Source: a virus | Taxonomy: Duplodnaviria > Caudoviricetes | IMG/VR virus record: IMGVR_UViG_3300005805_000290 | Span: 1 to 31,743 of that record | Strand: one strand, 5' to 3' | Length of the DNA stretch: 31,743 nucleotides | Part shown: one piece after another, positions 1-8,601 of the stretch | Position numbering within the stretch: the stretch's first letter is position 1 | Layout of the letters: every line of letters begins with the position of its first letter | Translations under genes and position numbers: made by a program | Notes under the pieces: model-generated | The model's database searches: none | Seen by the model: the letters and a program-made list of their open reading frames with translations, nothing else | Told to the model about the DNA's origin: nothing

Positions 1-85
1 CTCAATGGGTATATAATAATAAATTATACTATGCAGATATGAAAAATGGCAAAGTAGACTACTCAACTAAGAAAGAGATTGTTTT

Positions 86-436
86 GTGATTATTGCTGTA
101 GAGGGAACTAAAACCTTTGATAATTATGATATTTTTATGAGGGCTATGGGAGTTGCTTTATCTATGCCTACTGTAGATACCGATATTCAAGTATGGTCAC
201 TCGGACCACATAAAATTAATAGTTTTACTGCATCATTTTGTAATTCATCAGAATCATTTTTAAAAAATAAAGGATTTAAAATTCATTTTTATAAAGTAGG
301 ACACGTATGGGTAGCAGATAATATATCAAGTGTTAACTATTATGCATTCTTTAGCCTACCAAAAGAAAATGAATCTAAGATGTGCAAACTAGCACAAGAT
401 ATAGAAGGGTGCGAGGTTGGAATCTTTAGATATTAA
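86..436 (+). CDS. Hypothetical protein, possibly a degenerate SLOG/DUF2493-like protein
   Basis: 116-aa ORF; N-terminus IIAVEGTKTFDNY resembles the SLOG/DUF2493 start; coupled to the next ORF. Confidence 0.45.
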   Translation: MIIAVEGTKTFDNYDIFMRAMGVALSMPTVDTDIQVWSLGPHKINSFTASFCNSSESFLKNKGFKIHFYKVGHVWVADNISSVNYYAFFSLPKENESKMCKLAQDIEGCEVGIFRY

Positions 437-695
437 TAGTCTATCAATAATTTTGTTTACAATACAAACAATATCTACAATTACTGTATTGTTAGTTTTA
501 TTAAAACAAAGTATTTTATCAGCATTGTTTTCACTCATATCCTGGTTATTTTTACAAATATGTTTTTCTGTATATGGATATCTTACAGATCAGTTAGGGT
601 TCTTATTAATGGGTGCTACCAACATACTATTGGGACTAGTAACAACTATATTAAAAGTAGGTCAAAAGGATGAGGCTATTAATGAAGATAACTAG
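417..695 (+). CDS. Small membrane protein (about 3 TM helices)
   Basis: 92-aa hydrophobic ORF overlapping its neighbours. Confidence 0.6.
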   Translation: MESLDINSLSIILFTIQTISTITVLLVLLKQSILSALFSLISWLFLQICFSVYGYLTDQLGFLLMGATNILLGLVTTILKVGQKDEAINEDN

Positions 696-903
696 CATTG
701 AAATGATGGATCAAATAATAAAATCTAATACAAACATGGAATGGGATAGTTGGTCTGTAATTGTATATACAGATGACGATGGATATTTTACAAAAAATGG
801 AGTATTTAAAGATGGAAAATGGAAAACAAAATATGTATTTAATATGAAAGATTACGGTATTTGGGATATACCAGATAGGTTTTTAAAACATGTACAAGTT
901 TGA
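670..903 (+). CDS. Hypothetical phage protein
   Basis: 77-aa ORF in an operon; the true start may be a downstream Met (MKIT, 682). Confidence 0.65.
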   Translation: MRLLMKITSIEMMDQIIKSNTNMEWDSWSVIVYTDDDGYFTKNGVFKDGKWKTKYVFNMKDYGIWDIPDRFLKHVQV

Positions 904-1174
904 TGACAACAGATCGTGTCTTGGAATGGATACAAATCTATTCTTTGAAAAATATGAAGAAGATATAATTGTTAGAGAAGGAATTGATTCTTTATGTTCT
1001 CAATGTCCAGCACAAAGAAAGTGTCTTGCTTATGGAGTCAGTAACCAAGAGTGGGGCGTTTGGGGTGGAGTATATATTGAAGCAGGTAAAATATCTAGAG
1101 AATTTAACAAACACAAAGATAATGACGCATGGTTTAAAGTATGGTCTGGTGCAATGATGGATAAAAATGTATAA
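890..1174 (+). CDS. whiB: WhiB-family Fe-S transcription factor
   Basis: Four Cys (C..LFF..CSQC..C) and the GVWGG turn motif. Confidence 0.93.
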   Translation: MYKFDDNRSCLGMDTNLFFEKYEEDIIVREGIDSLCSQCPAQRKCLAYGVSNQEWGVWGGVYIEAGKISREFNKHKDNDAWFKVWSGAMMDKNV

Positions 1175-1436
1175 CGAAGTAATGAAGAAAGCATTTAAGT
1201 CAATACCAGTACCAAAAGATTTTAATGTACACATTGTAGACTATGATAGTTTTTTGACTATAAGATTCTACGAAAGTCAATGGAGACATTATAGTGAAGC
1301 AGAAAGGTTTAAGTGCGTTACTTACATGTTAAATGTAAAACAAGCACTTGAAAAGTTAGGGGCTAGAGTGGCATTAGATCCAGTCCTTGACTTAGAAACA
1401 CCAGAGGATAGAGCGAAGAGAAGGAAGGTAAAATAA
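1167..1436 (+). CDS. Hypothetical phage protein
   Basis: 89-aa ORF overlapping whiB and ssb. Confidence 0.7.
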   Translation: MYNEVMKKAFKSIPVPKDFNVHIVDYDSFLTIRFYESQWRHYSEAERFKCVTYMLNVKQALEKLGARVALDPVLDLETPEDRAKRRKVK

Positions 1437-1828
1437 TGCCGCAAGTAATAACAGCAGTAGGTAATTTAGTAAAAGATCCAGAGGTTAAAACTTTTGAAAA
1501 AGGGTCATTAACTAAATTAAGAATTGCATGCACAGACAGAATGTCTGACGGTAACGGTGGGTGGAAAGACGGCGACACAAATTTTTATGATGTTGCTGTT
1601 TGGAAATCACTAGGAGAATACGCTGCTTCAACACTTAAAAAGGGCGATAAAGTAATCGTTCAAGGTAAGTTAAAGTATCGTGAATTCAAACGTAATGATG
1701 GAACCAATGGAAATGCATATGAAATTGATGCAACAGATCTTGGTATATATCTTACAAAGAAAACTGCTGGTAGTTCCAGTAAAGTAACATTAGTCCCAGC
1801 AGAAGGTTCAACAACCGTCTGGGGATAA
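1436..1828 (+). CDS. ssb: Single-stranded DNA-binding protein
   Basis: VGNLVKDPE, W..GDTNFYDVAVW, KGDKVIVQGKL OB-fold motifs of the actinobacterial type; no acidic DDIPF tail. Confidence 0.93.
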   Translation: MPQVITAVGNLVKDPEVKTFEKGSLTKLRIACTDRMSDGNGGWKDGDTNFYDVAVWKSLGEYAASTLKKGDKVIVQGKLKYREFKRNDGTNGNAYEIDATDLGIYLTKKTAGSSSKVTLVPAEGSTTVWG

Positions 1829-1845
1829 TTAAATAGTATAATAAT

Positions 1846-1881
1846 TAGAGGGTGGGTAAAACTACCCTCTATTTTATTTTT
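1846..1881 (+). terminator. Intrinsic terminator-like hairpin
   Basis: TAGAGGGTGG-GTAAAA-CTACCCTCTA followed by a T-rich run. Confidence 0.65.
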
Positions 1882-1896
1882 ATAAGGAGAAATATA

Positions 1897-2310
1897 ATGG
1901 GATTACCAATTAAAGATGGAAAGATTACAACTCACTACAAAAAACTTGGCAAAATGTGGTCAAAAGGTTATCATACTGGTGTTGACTTCGCAGTCAAAAC
2001 AGGAACTGAAGTAGTTGCAGTCGCAGATGGAAAAATTGAACCAGCAAACTGGGGAAAATCATATGGAACTCAAGCAGTACAAAAAGTTGAAGGTGGATGG
2101 GTAATTTATGCACATTTATCAAAACTAGATGTAAAGCCTGGAGATAAAGTTGTAGCAGGACAAAAAATTGGAGAATCAGGTAATACTGGTAACTCCTCTG
2201 GTCCACATTTACACTTTGAAATGAGAGACAATATTAGATGGTCAGCAGGTAAAGATTTAGATCCATCCAATATACTTGGCGTTAACGCATTACCACCAGC
2301 CAAGAAATAA
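1897..2310 (+). CDS. M23 family peptidoglycan endopeptidase (candidate endolysin)
   Basis: HTGVD, YAHL and GPHLHFE motifs; start moved to ATG 1897 behind RBS AAGGAG; no signal peptide. Confidence 0.9.
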   Translation: MGLPIKDGKITTHYKKLGKMWSKGYHTGVDFAVKTGTEVVAVADGKIEPANWGKSYGTQAVQKVEGGWVIYAHLSKLDVKPGDKVVAGQKIGESGNTGNSSGPHLHFEMRDNIRWSAGKDLDPSNILGVNALPPAKK

Positions 2311-2380
2311 TAGATAATATCTAACATTTTCGTGTTAAAATTATATAGGTGTATATTTTACACGGGAGACGATTGGAGTA

Positions 2381-3742
2381 TTGTCCAAAAGAATTAAAAT
2401 AAGAATAATGCTTTTAGTTCCAACGCTATTAGCATTATTCTTTTCTTATGTGCCCGCAAATTCTACTCAAGATCCACCATCTTATTATCCAAGTGGTCCG
2501 CAACAAAACATTGATAAATCTGTAGTTGAATCTGGTGGATGGATTCTTTGTTGGTCTGGAACATACGATGGAAACGATTTACTGTCAAATATAACTACGG
2601 CTTGTGATTCAGATTATATTATGTATGCTGGTGGACTAACTAATAATTCTAATTTAATGCTTCTTGCTGCAGGTCAAAAAGAAATAGTATTTACTGCTCA
2701 ACCAGGAATGTCTAATCAAACAATATTAAACAATGGAACATATTGGTATTACAACCCTACTGGTATGGGCTCTATGGGTTTTGCTCCAAATAGTAATATT
2801 CAACAAAGTTCTGCAGACGTATATGCTGCATGGGGAAGTGGAGTAGATGATGGATCTTTAAGATTATCTTGGCATACTAATCATTGCGGTGATGGAAAAA
2901 TTTGTAATGGATGGAGAGTTGGAACAGTAACTGGATTAAACTGGGGAACTGAATATACCAGATATATTTATGAATCAACTGGTGGTCTAGCAGCAACTCC
3001 TACTCCTACTCCAACACCTACAGAAACCCCTTCAGAAAGCCCTACACCCACTCCTACGCCTTCAGAAACAATAGAGCCTACTCCAGAGCCTACTCCGACT
3101 CAAACTCAAAATCCTGAGCCAGTTGATCCAGGTCCAGATCCAACACCTGTTGAGACACCAATTGACGAACCAGTAGAAGAAGTGCAAGAAGAAATACAAG
3201 CGGAAGAAGAACAAATTTTAGAACCTTCACCAGAACCAACTCCTATAGAAGAAATTATATCAGAGCAAGAAGAAGTTAATAATGCTATTGATGAACTAAT
3301 TGTTAATGAAGAAGAAATATCCAATGAACAATTAGACAATATTACAGAATTATTATTAGAAAACTATGAAATAAATGAAGTAATGCCAGTAGCAGAGTTA
3401 TTAGAAAATTTATCTGATGATCAAGTGTTAGAACTTTTAAAACAATTAGACGAGAATCAAATTATTGAATACCGTGAAGGTGTTGAATTAGAAGCAGGTG
3501 TTGCTGTTGTCTTTGAACAACTAGCAGACCCTGCAGCCCTTTTGGGAGAGTTTGTATCAGATCCAGGCCAAGTGTTAGAAGCACTTGGTCAACTTGGTGC
3601 TGATATGACAGAAGAAGAAAGAGAAGACTCACAACAAGTAGTTATCGCTACAGTTATTGTTAGTCAAATTTTAGGATCTGTAACTATGACTTCAAGTATA
3701 GTACAGATGAATGCAAGAGCAGAAATAAGGAGGATAACATGA
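2381..3742 (+). CDS. Secreted or membrane-anchored protein: signal peptide, Trp/Gly-rich globular domain, Pro-Thr linker, acidic stalk, C-terminal hydrophobic segment
   Basis: 453 aa; hydrophobic N-terminus ending VPANS, PTPTP repeats, E/D-rich region, VVIATVIVSQIL. Confidence 0.75.
   Translation: MSKRIKIRIMLLVPTLLALFFSYVPANSTQDPPSYYPSGPQQNIDKSVVESGGWILCWSGTYDGNDLLSNITTACDSDYIMYAGGLTNNSNLMLLAAGQKEIVFTAQPGMSNQTILNNGTYWYYNPTGMGSMGFAPNSNIQQSSADVYAAWGSGVDDGSLRLSWHTNHCGDGKICNGWRVGTVTGLNWGTEYTRYIYESTGGLAATPTPTPTPTETPSESPTPTPTPSETIEPTPEPTPTQTQNPEPVDPGPDPTPVETPIDEPVEEVQEEIQAEEEQILEPSPEPTPIEEIISEQEEVNNAIDELIVNEEEISNEQLDNITELLLENYEINEVMPVAELLENLSDDQVLELLKQLDENQIIEYREGVELEAGVAVVFEQLADPAALLGEFVSDPGQVLEALGQLGADMTEEEREDSQQVVIATVIVSQILGSVTMTSSIVQMNARAEIRRIT
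2995..3160 (+). repeat. Coding low-complexity Pro-Thr/Pro-Glu repeat
   Basis: ACTCCT/ACACCT hexamer variants encoding TPTPTP...PEP. Confidence 0.8.
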
Positions 3743-4191
3743 TAAAGGCAATACTAAAACCTTTTAAATTTATCTTCAAAGCAATTAAGTTCGTAGTTAT
3801 GTTACCCATAAGCCTAGTTAAGTTTATTCTAAGCAAGGTTTGGGCGGTAGTTAAATATGTTCTTAATCTTGTTTGGAAGGTAGTTAAAGGAATATATGAA
3901 GGAATAGTCGTGGTAATTAAAGAAGGTATTCAAGTTATTACCTGGATTATTACAAGTATCTATAATGCAATTAAATGGGTATTTGAAAAAGTATGGAAGT
4001 TAGCAAAATTTATATGGGCATGGCTAGTAGAAGCATTTGTAGAAACATTAAACCAATTGTGGACATTACTAGGTATGTTCGCAGCATGGTTAGTTCTAGA
4101 GGGTAGTGCAAAAACTATCGTAGGGTATGCAATCATATTAGTTCTTATCGTATGGCTTATAACTATGCGAATAAGGGAAGGAGATGAATAA
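3739..4191 (+). CDS. Membrane protein with about 11-residue amphipathic repeats and two C-terminal TM helices
   Basis: Periodic W/K/I/V pattern (VWAVVKYVLNLVWKVVK). Confidence 0.7.
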   Translation: MIKAILKPFKFIFKAIKFVVMLPISLVKFILSKVWAVVKYVLNLVWKVVKGIYEGIVVVIKEGIQVITWIITSIYNAIKWVFEKVWKLAKFIWAWLVEAFVETLNQLWTLLGMFAAWLVLEGSAKTIVGYAIILVLIVWLITMRIREGDE

Positions 4192-4475
4192 TGGCTAAAG
4201 AAACAAAATTAGATGATGAAAAGGCAATGGGTGCAGTAAGCGGTATCAAAAATATTCTACTTAGAATAATCGCTGTATTTGCAGCCAACGGTCTTGGAGT
4301 TATCGGTGCTGGTGCAATCATCGGCATTGATACAATGAGTGCAATCATTCTTGCAGGCACCCTAGGTGTTGCTACAGTGGTTGAAAAATTAGCAAGAGGA
4401 TTTATTGATGATGGAAGACTAAGCATCGATGAAATCAATGCTGCATTTAACTCAGTAGATAAAAAAGCAAATTAG
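4191..4475 (+). CDS. Small two-TM membrane protein (holin-like)
   Basis: 94 aa with two Gly/Ala-rich hydrophobic segments and a charged tail; in the M23 gene cluster. Confidence 0.5.
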   Translation: MAKETKLDDEKAMGAVSGIKNILLRIIAVFAANGLGVIGAGAIIGIDTMSAIILAGTLGVATVVEKLARGFIDDGRLSIDEINAAFNSVDKKAN

Positions 4476-4530
4476 TAGTCACGGGAAGTCCAGATCAAGT
4501 TATAGGGGCTGGAAGTTTTGGGTCGGAGGG

Positions 4531-4559
4531 TTGCCTAAAACACTTTGAAGGAGTATAAT
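4531..4559 (+). promoter_or_regulatory. Sigma-70/SigA-type promoter (leaderless gene follows)
   Basis: TTGCCT-17-TATAAT, ATG 7 nt downstream. Confidence 0.65.
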
Positions 4560-4566
4560 AGTATCC

Positions 4567-4704
4567 ATGTCTGAATCAAATTACTGTGAAGATTGTAAGC
4601 GTTTAAAAGATATTGCCTGTACATGTGGCATGACCTTTGCAGAAAAGATTAAGACGACCTCTGTTAACTGGGCTACTTGGTCAGATACTAGAAAAGGCTC
4701 TTGA
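4567..4704 (+). CDS. 45-aa Cys-rich microprotein (not in ORF track)
   Basis: MSESNYCEDCKRLKDIACTCGMTFAEKIK...; leaderless start. Confidence 0.6.
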   Translation: MSESNYCEDCKRLKDIACTCGMTFAEKIKTTSVNWATWSDTRKGS

Positions 4705-4729
4705 CTTGGCAACTACTTGCGGGTATAAT
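4701..4729 (+). promoter_or_regulatory. SigA-type promoter
   Basis: TTGACT-17-TATAAT. Confidence 0.6.
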
Positions 4730-4794
4730 AATAATAAGTTCTCTTCTTTTATTAACAGAAGAAGACATAATGAAGCATATAAGAAAGAAGTTTA

Positions 4795-4974
4795 ATGTCA
4801 ATAAACGCAAGAGGAATTCCGACAAGCGTATGTCCTATTTGTGGTACTAATATATTTAAAATTTTAGTTACTTTTGATGAAGAATATAATATAGAACAAT
4901 ATTTATTAGACTCAGAATGTGCAGAATGTGGTACACTTGTCACCGCTCCTACACCATTAGATTTGAAAGCGTAA
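4795..4974 (+). CDS. 59-aa Zn-ribbon protein (not in ORF track)
   Basis: MSINARGIPTSVCPICG...ECAECGTLVTAPTP; two CxxC pairs. Confidence 0.75.
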   Translation: MSINARGIPTSVCPICGTNIFKILVTFDEEYNIEQYLLDSECAECGTLVTAPTPLDLKA

Positions 4975-4977
4975 CAC

Positions 4978-5775
4978 ATGCTTCATAGTGGTAAGGTTGG
5001 ATCTAAACTTATTATAAATGGATTTACAATCAACCCAATAAAAGATAAAGATGCTTTTAAAATAAGCATGACTGGATTATTTGACTATGAATATAAACAA
5101 AAACATGTTTGTGATTTTGATACCATGACTACTCATGTAAATTATTTAAAAAAATCAATAATGGATGCTTATGTTGTTGATATAAAAACACAGTTTGATG
5201 AAGGGATTATGGGTTTAGTTATATTAGAAAATGGATATTATATTTTAAGATTGATATACAATAAACATCCAGCAGAGGTACAATTTGATCTATACCTAGA
5301 TGATCATATGATAGATCCAGATTTAATAATTGATCATCTATGTGCTCCATCAATACCATTCGATGGCTTTGGACTATTTGACTATACATACTCTCTTTCT
5401 AAGGTAATGAAACCAACAACTATTTTGTCTGATGTATTTAATAATATAAGATATACTAACAATGAACCATTTAGCATGAGTCAATTTAATGCTGATGAAA
5501 AATATTCAATTACCTTAAATCAATTAAAAGATATACATTGTTTTTATTGCAATAATAAAGGTGAAGTTTTTGGCTTTAGGGGAGAATCGAGAAAAATAAT
5601 AAGTGTATGCAAAGATCATTTAAATTCATTTGATGCTTCTCATCAAGAGCCAGGGCACGGAGATAATCATGATCAAGATAAAAGAATAGTAAGAGACTAT
5701 CTTAAAAAATTTGTTAAAATATTTGATAAAGATAATTATGGTAATATAGTATCTAAACATATAAAGGGAGAGTAA
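4978..5775 (+). CDS. AdoMetDC-like protein lacking catalytic residues, with a C-terminal Zn-finger-like segment
   Basis: Aligns by eye to the SpeD at 15091 (KLIINGF/HLLVNGY; PAEVQFDLY/PAFIQFDLY; FGLFDY/FGLFNY); C-terminal CFYC..VCKDH. Confidence 0.6.
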   Translation: MLHSGKVGSKLIINGFTINPIKDKDAFKISMTGLFDYEYKQKHVCDFDTMTTHVNYLKKSIMDAYVVDIKTQFDEGIMGLVILENGYYILRLIYNKHPAEVQFDLYLDDHMIDPDLIIDHLCAPSIPFDGFGLFDYTYSLSKVMKPTTILSDVFNNIRYTNNEPFSMSQFNADEKYSITLNQLKDIHCFYCNNKGEVFGFRGESRKIISVCKDHLNSFDASHQEPGHGDNHDQDKRIVRDYLKKFVKIFDKDNYGNIVSKHIKGE

Positions 5776-6053
5776 TGGCTAAAGGTAAAGGCGGAAAAGG
5801 CGGGGGAACCCGTAATCCTAATAGAAATAACGGAAAGGCTCCAAAGAAAAATCCTAAAGAGCCTAATGTTGGTGCCACTGGAAAAAGTCGTGGTGGATAT
5901 AACTTAAAAAAGAAAGCAGCAAAAGCAGCAGCATGGGATCCAATTAAAAAACGTATTGCTAGAAAGGCTCGTAGAAAGGCTGCAGGTCTTGCATATAAAC
6001 ATGGAATTAGAACTGGTCAATTAAAGAAGTCTACGGCTAATGCAGATTCATAA
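5775..6053 (+). CDS. Highly basic Lys/Arg/Ala/Gly-rich protein (putative nucleic-acid binding)
   Basis: 92 aa with very few acidic residues. Confidence 0.7.
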   Translation: MAKGKGGKGGGTRNPNRNNGKAPKKNPKEPNVGATGKSRGGYNLKKKAAKAAAWDPIKKRIARKARRKAAGLAYKHGIRTGQLKKSTANADS

Positions 6054-6070
6054 TAGGGTATAATAATACT

Positions 6071-6466
6071 ATGTATGAATATCGTGTAAAGAAAGTTTAT
6101 AAAGTAGTAGATGGAGATACCATTGATGTTGATATTGATTTGGGCTTTAATGTTTCTTACTTCCAACGTGTCCGCCTTGCAGGTATTGATACCCCAGAAT
6201 CTCGTACAACAGACGCATATGAAAAAGAATTAGGATTGCAATCAAAAGAATGGCTAAAGAAAAAATTAGAAGGTGCTGAAAATATTGTTATTAAAACACA
6301 AAAACCAGATTCTTCTGAAAAGTATGGTCGTATTCTTGGAGATCTTCACATTAAAGGTTTTGATAAATCATTAAATCAAATGATGATTGACGAAGGATAC
6401 GCATGGAGTTACATGGGAGATACTAAAGTTAAAGATTTTCCAGCATTATTGGCTAAAAGAAAGTAG
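6071..6466 (+). CDS. Thermonuclease (staphylococcal nuclease-like)
   Basis: VVDGDT, RLAGIDTPE, KYGRIL, LNQMMIDEGYA motifs; leaderless (TATAAT at 6059-6064). Confidence 0.92.
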   Translation: MYEYRVKKVYKVVDGDTIDVDIDLGFNVSYFQRVRLAGIDTPESRTTDAYEKELGLQSKEWLKKKLEGAENIVIKTQKPDSSEKYGRILGDLHIKGFDKSLNQMMIDEGYAWSYMGDTKVKDFPALLAKRK

Positions 6467-6472
6467 AAACTT

Positions 6473-7183
6473 ATGATAGTTGTTGGCACAACCACAGCAG
6501 CATTCGCCATGGATAACCCAGATACCTGGGGATCTTGGATGAGAAATGCTGAAGCAGTAAAAGAAAATTTTCAAAGATTTGCAAACTTTTCTGACATAAA
6601 ATATTTTGCAGCATTACAAGTTGATGCAAGAGGTATAGAACCATTCAAGCCTTTTATTGAAAGATTAAATGCTATTGGCGGAGAGTATTGGACATATTCT
6701 CTTGATGATGGTAGAACAAGTGTAACTACAAGAAATAGATTAAGACATTTAACAGTTGGACAGAATTTAGTAACAGATTATTGTGTTTCTAATCCAGGCA
6801 TAACTCATCAACTATTTATGGCTGCAGATTGTATGCCTCCCGATGATGTAATTCCTAAAATGTTAGAAATGAATTATCCACTTTGTGCACCATTTATTAC
6901 TACTTATAACCTAAGAGGACCTAGAGTTCCAGAATATCCATATCATGTAGAAAATGCAATGGCTTCTGCTGCTGCTATATTTATTTCTAGACAGGTGTTT
7001 TCAAAAATAAGATGGCGTTGGGATTTAGATACAAACATGTCAGATGACCCTTGTTATCATAATGATGCAATTAAATATTTAGGAATACCAACACATGTAA
7101 GACATGATTGTATTGCTAAACATTTTCCAGAATCGATTGGTGCAATTGAAACTCGTGGTCATGATATGACGGTACATAGATGA
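6473..7183 (+). CDS. Putative GT-A fold glycosyltransferase-like protein
   Basis: First gene of the glycan cluster; LFMAAD at the DxD position and SDDP motif; paralogue of 13829-14506. Confidence 0.5.
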   Translation: MIVVGTTTAAFAMDNPDTWGSWMRNAEAVKENFQRFANFSDIKYFAALQVDARGIEPFKPFIERLNAIGGEYWTYSLDDGRTSVTTRNRLRHLTVGQNLVTDYCVSNPGITHQLFMAADCMPPDDVIPKMLEMNYPLCAPFITTYNLRGPRVPEYPYHVENAMASAAAIFISRQVFSKIRWRWDLDTNMSDDPCYHNDAIKYLGIPTHVRHDCIAKHFPESIGAIETRGHDMTVHR

Positions 7184-7737
7184 TAAAAAGATTAAGACCT
7201 AAATGGTCAGATGAAGAATTAGCAAAAATTTATTCTACTCCACATGATCATAAAAGATTTGGTCGTGGACATGGAATCAGAGTAGAAGTAACACAAAATA
7301 TATTAAAAGATATGGCTAGAGAAGTTGGTGTAATGTCTGCTGCTGATTTAAGTTGTGGTAATGGTGCAATATTAGAAACTCTTAATGTTAAAAAATATTT
7401 TGGAGACTACGCACCTCAGTATCAATTTACTGGTCCATTAGAAAAAACAATACATGAAATTCCAAATGTTGACATTTATGTATGCTCTGAAACATTAGAG
7501 CATTTAGATGATCCAGGGTACGCATTAAAATTAATTAGAGAAAAATCTAAGTCATTAATTTTATCTACACCTATAGAAAAGTGGGATGACAATAATGATG
7601 AGCATTACTGGGCATATGACCGTGAAGGCGTAGAACAATTAATGAAAGAAGCAGGATGGACTCCTAATATATTTTTATTTTTAGACACAACAGTGTTTGG
7701 TGAACCTTATAAATATGGTATATGGGGATGCAAATGA
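7180..7737 (+). CDS. Class I SAM-dependent methyltransferase
   Basis: ADLSCGNG motif I and CSETLEHLDDP. Confidence 0.85.
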   Translation: MIKRLRPKWSDEELAKIYSTPHDHKRFGRGHGIRVEVTQNILKDMAREVGVMSAADLSCGNGAILETLNVKKYFGDYAPQYQFTGPLEKTIHEIPNVDIYVCSETLEHLDDPGYALKLIREKSKSLILSTPIEKWDDNNDEHYWAYDREGVEQLMKEAGWTPNIFLFLDTTVFGEPYKYGIWGCK

Positions 7738-8600
7738 AAATATTAATTACTGGACATAGAGGTTTTGTTGGTAAATATTTTTGTGAAAAATATAAGGATC
7801 ATGATATAACAGGAATAGATATCATTGAAGGAAATGATGCAAGAGATTTTTTTAAAGTTAATCAAGAATGCTATGATTTAGTTATACATTTAGCAGCAGT
7901 TGTAGGTGGTAGGGCAACAATAGAAGGTTCTCCACTTTCTGTTGCAGTTGATTTATCTATTGACTCAGAGTTATTTGGTTGGGCACTTAGAACTAGGCCA
8001 AGTAGAATAATTTATTTCTCATCGTCTGCAGCATATCCAATAGAAAAACAATATAGAGATTCAGGATATAAATTAAAAGAAGATGATATAGATTTGAACA
8101 ATGTTCGTAATCCAGATTTAACTTACGGATGGTCAAAATTAACTGGAGAATATTTAGCACAGTTTGCACAAGCAGCAGGTATAAAAGTAAATATTTTCAG
8201 ACCATTTTCAGGATATGGAACTGATCAAGACTTATCATATCCATTTCCATCATTTATAGATAGATCAAAAAAGAAATTAGATCCATTTCAAATATGGGGA
8301 GATGGAGAACAGGTTAGAGATTTTATTCATATGAGAGATGTAGTTAATGCTGTTGATGAGGCAATCAAACAAGACATAGAGGGCCCAGTTAATTTAGGTT
8401 GGGGTAGACCAACTAGTTTTAATGAACTTGCTTCTATGGTAACTAAATTTAATAAATATAGTCCAAATATAGAACATCTTACAGCACAACCAACTGGAGT
8501 TTATTATAGAGTTTGTGACCCTTCTAAAATGTTAACTTTTTATACGCCAGAAATTAGTCTTGAAGAGGGCGTAAAAATGGCACTAAAAGAAATAGTTTAA
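7734..8600 (+). CDS. NAD-dependent nucleotide-sugar epimerase/dehydratase
   Basis: GHRGFVG, HLAA, SSSAAY, YGWSK, GDGEQVRDFIH; start at ATG 7734. Confidence 0.92.
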   Translation: MKILITGHRGFVGKYFCEKYKDHDITGIDIIEGNDARDFFKVNQECYDLVIHLAAVVGGRATIEGSPLSVAVDLSIDSELFGWALRTRPSRIIYFSSSAAYPIEKQYRDSGYKLKEDDIDLNNVRNPDLTYGWSKLTGEYLAQFAQAAGIKVNIFRPFSGYGTDQDLSYPFPSFIDRSKKKLDPFQIWGDGEQVRDFIHMRDVVNAVDEAIKQDIEGPVNLGWGRPTSFNELASMVTKFNKYSPNIEHLTAQPTGVYYRVCDPSKMLTFYTPEISLEEGVKMALKEIV

Positions 8601-8601
8601 C

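Noticed and set aside
1820-1828. Lone TGGGGATAA DnaA-like box
   Set aside because: Explained by the Trp-Gly-stop codons of ssb; no partner box or dyad
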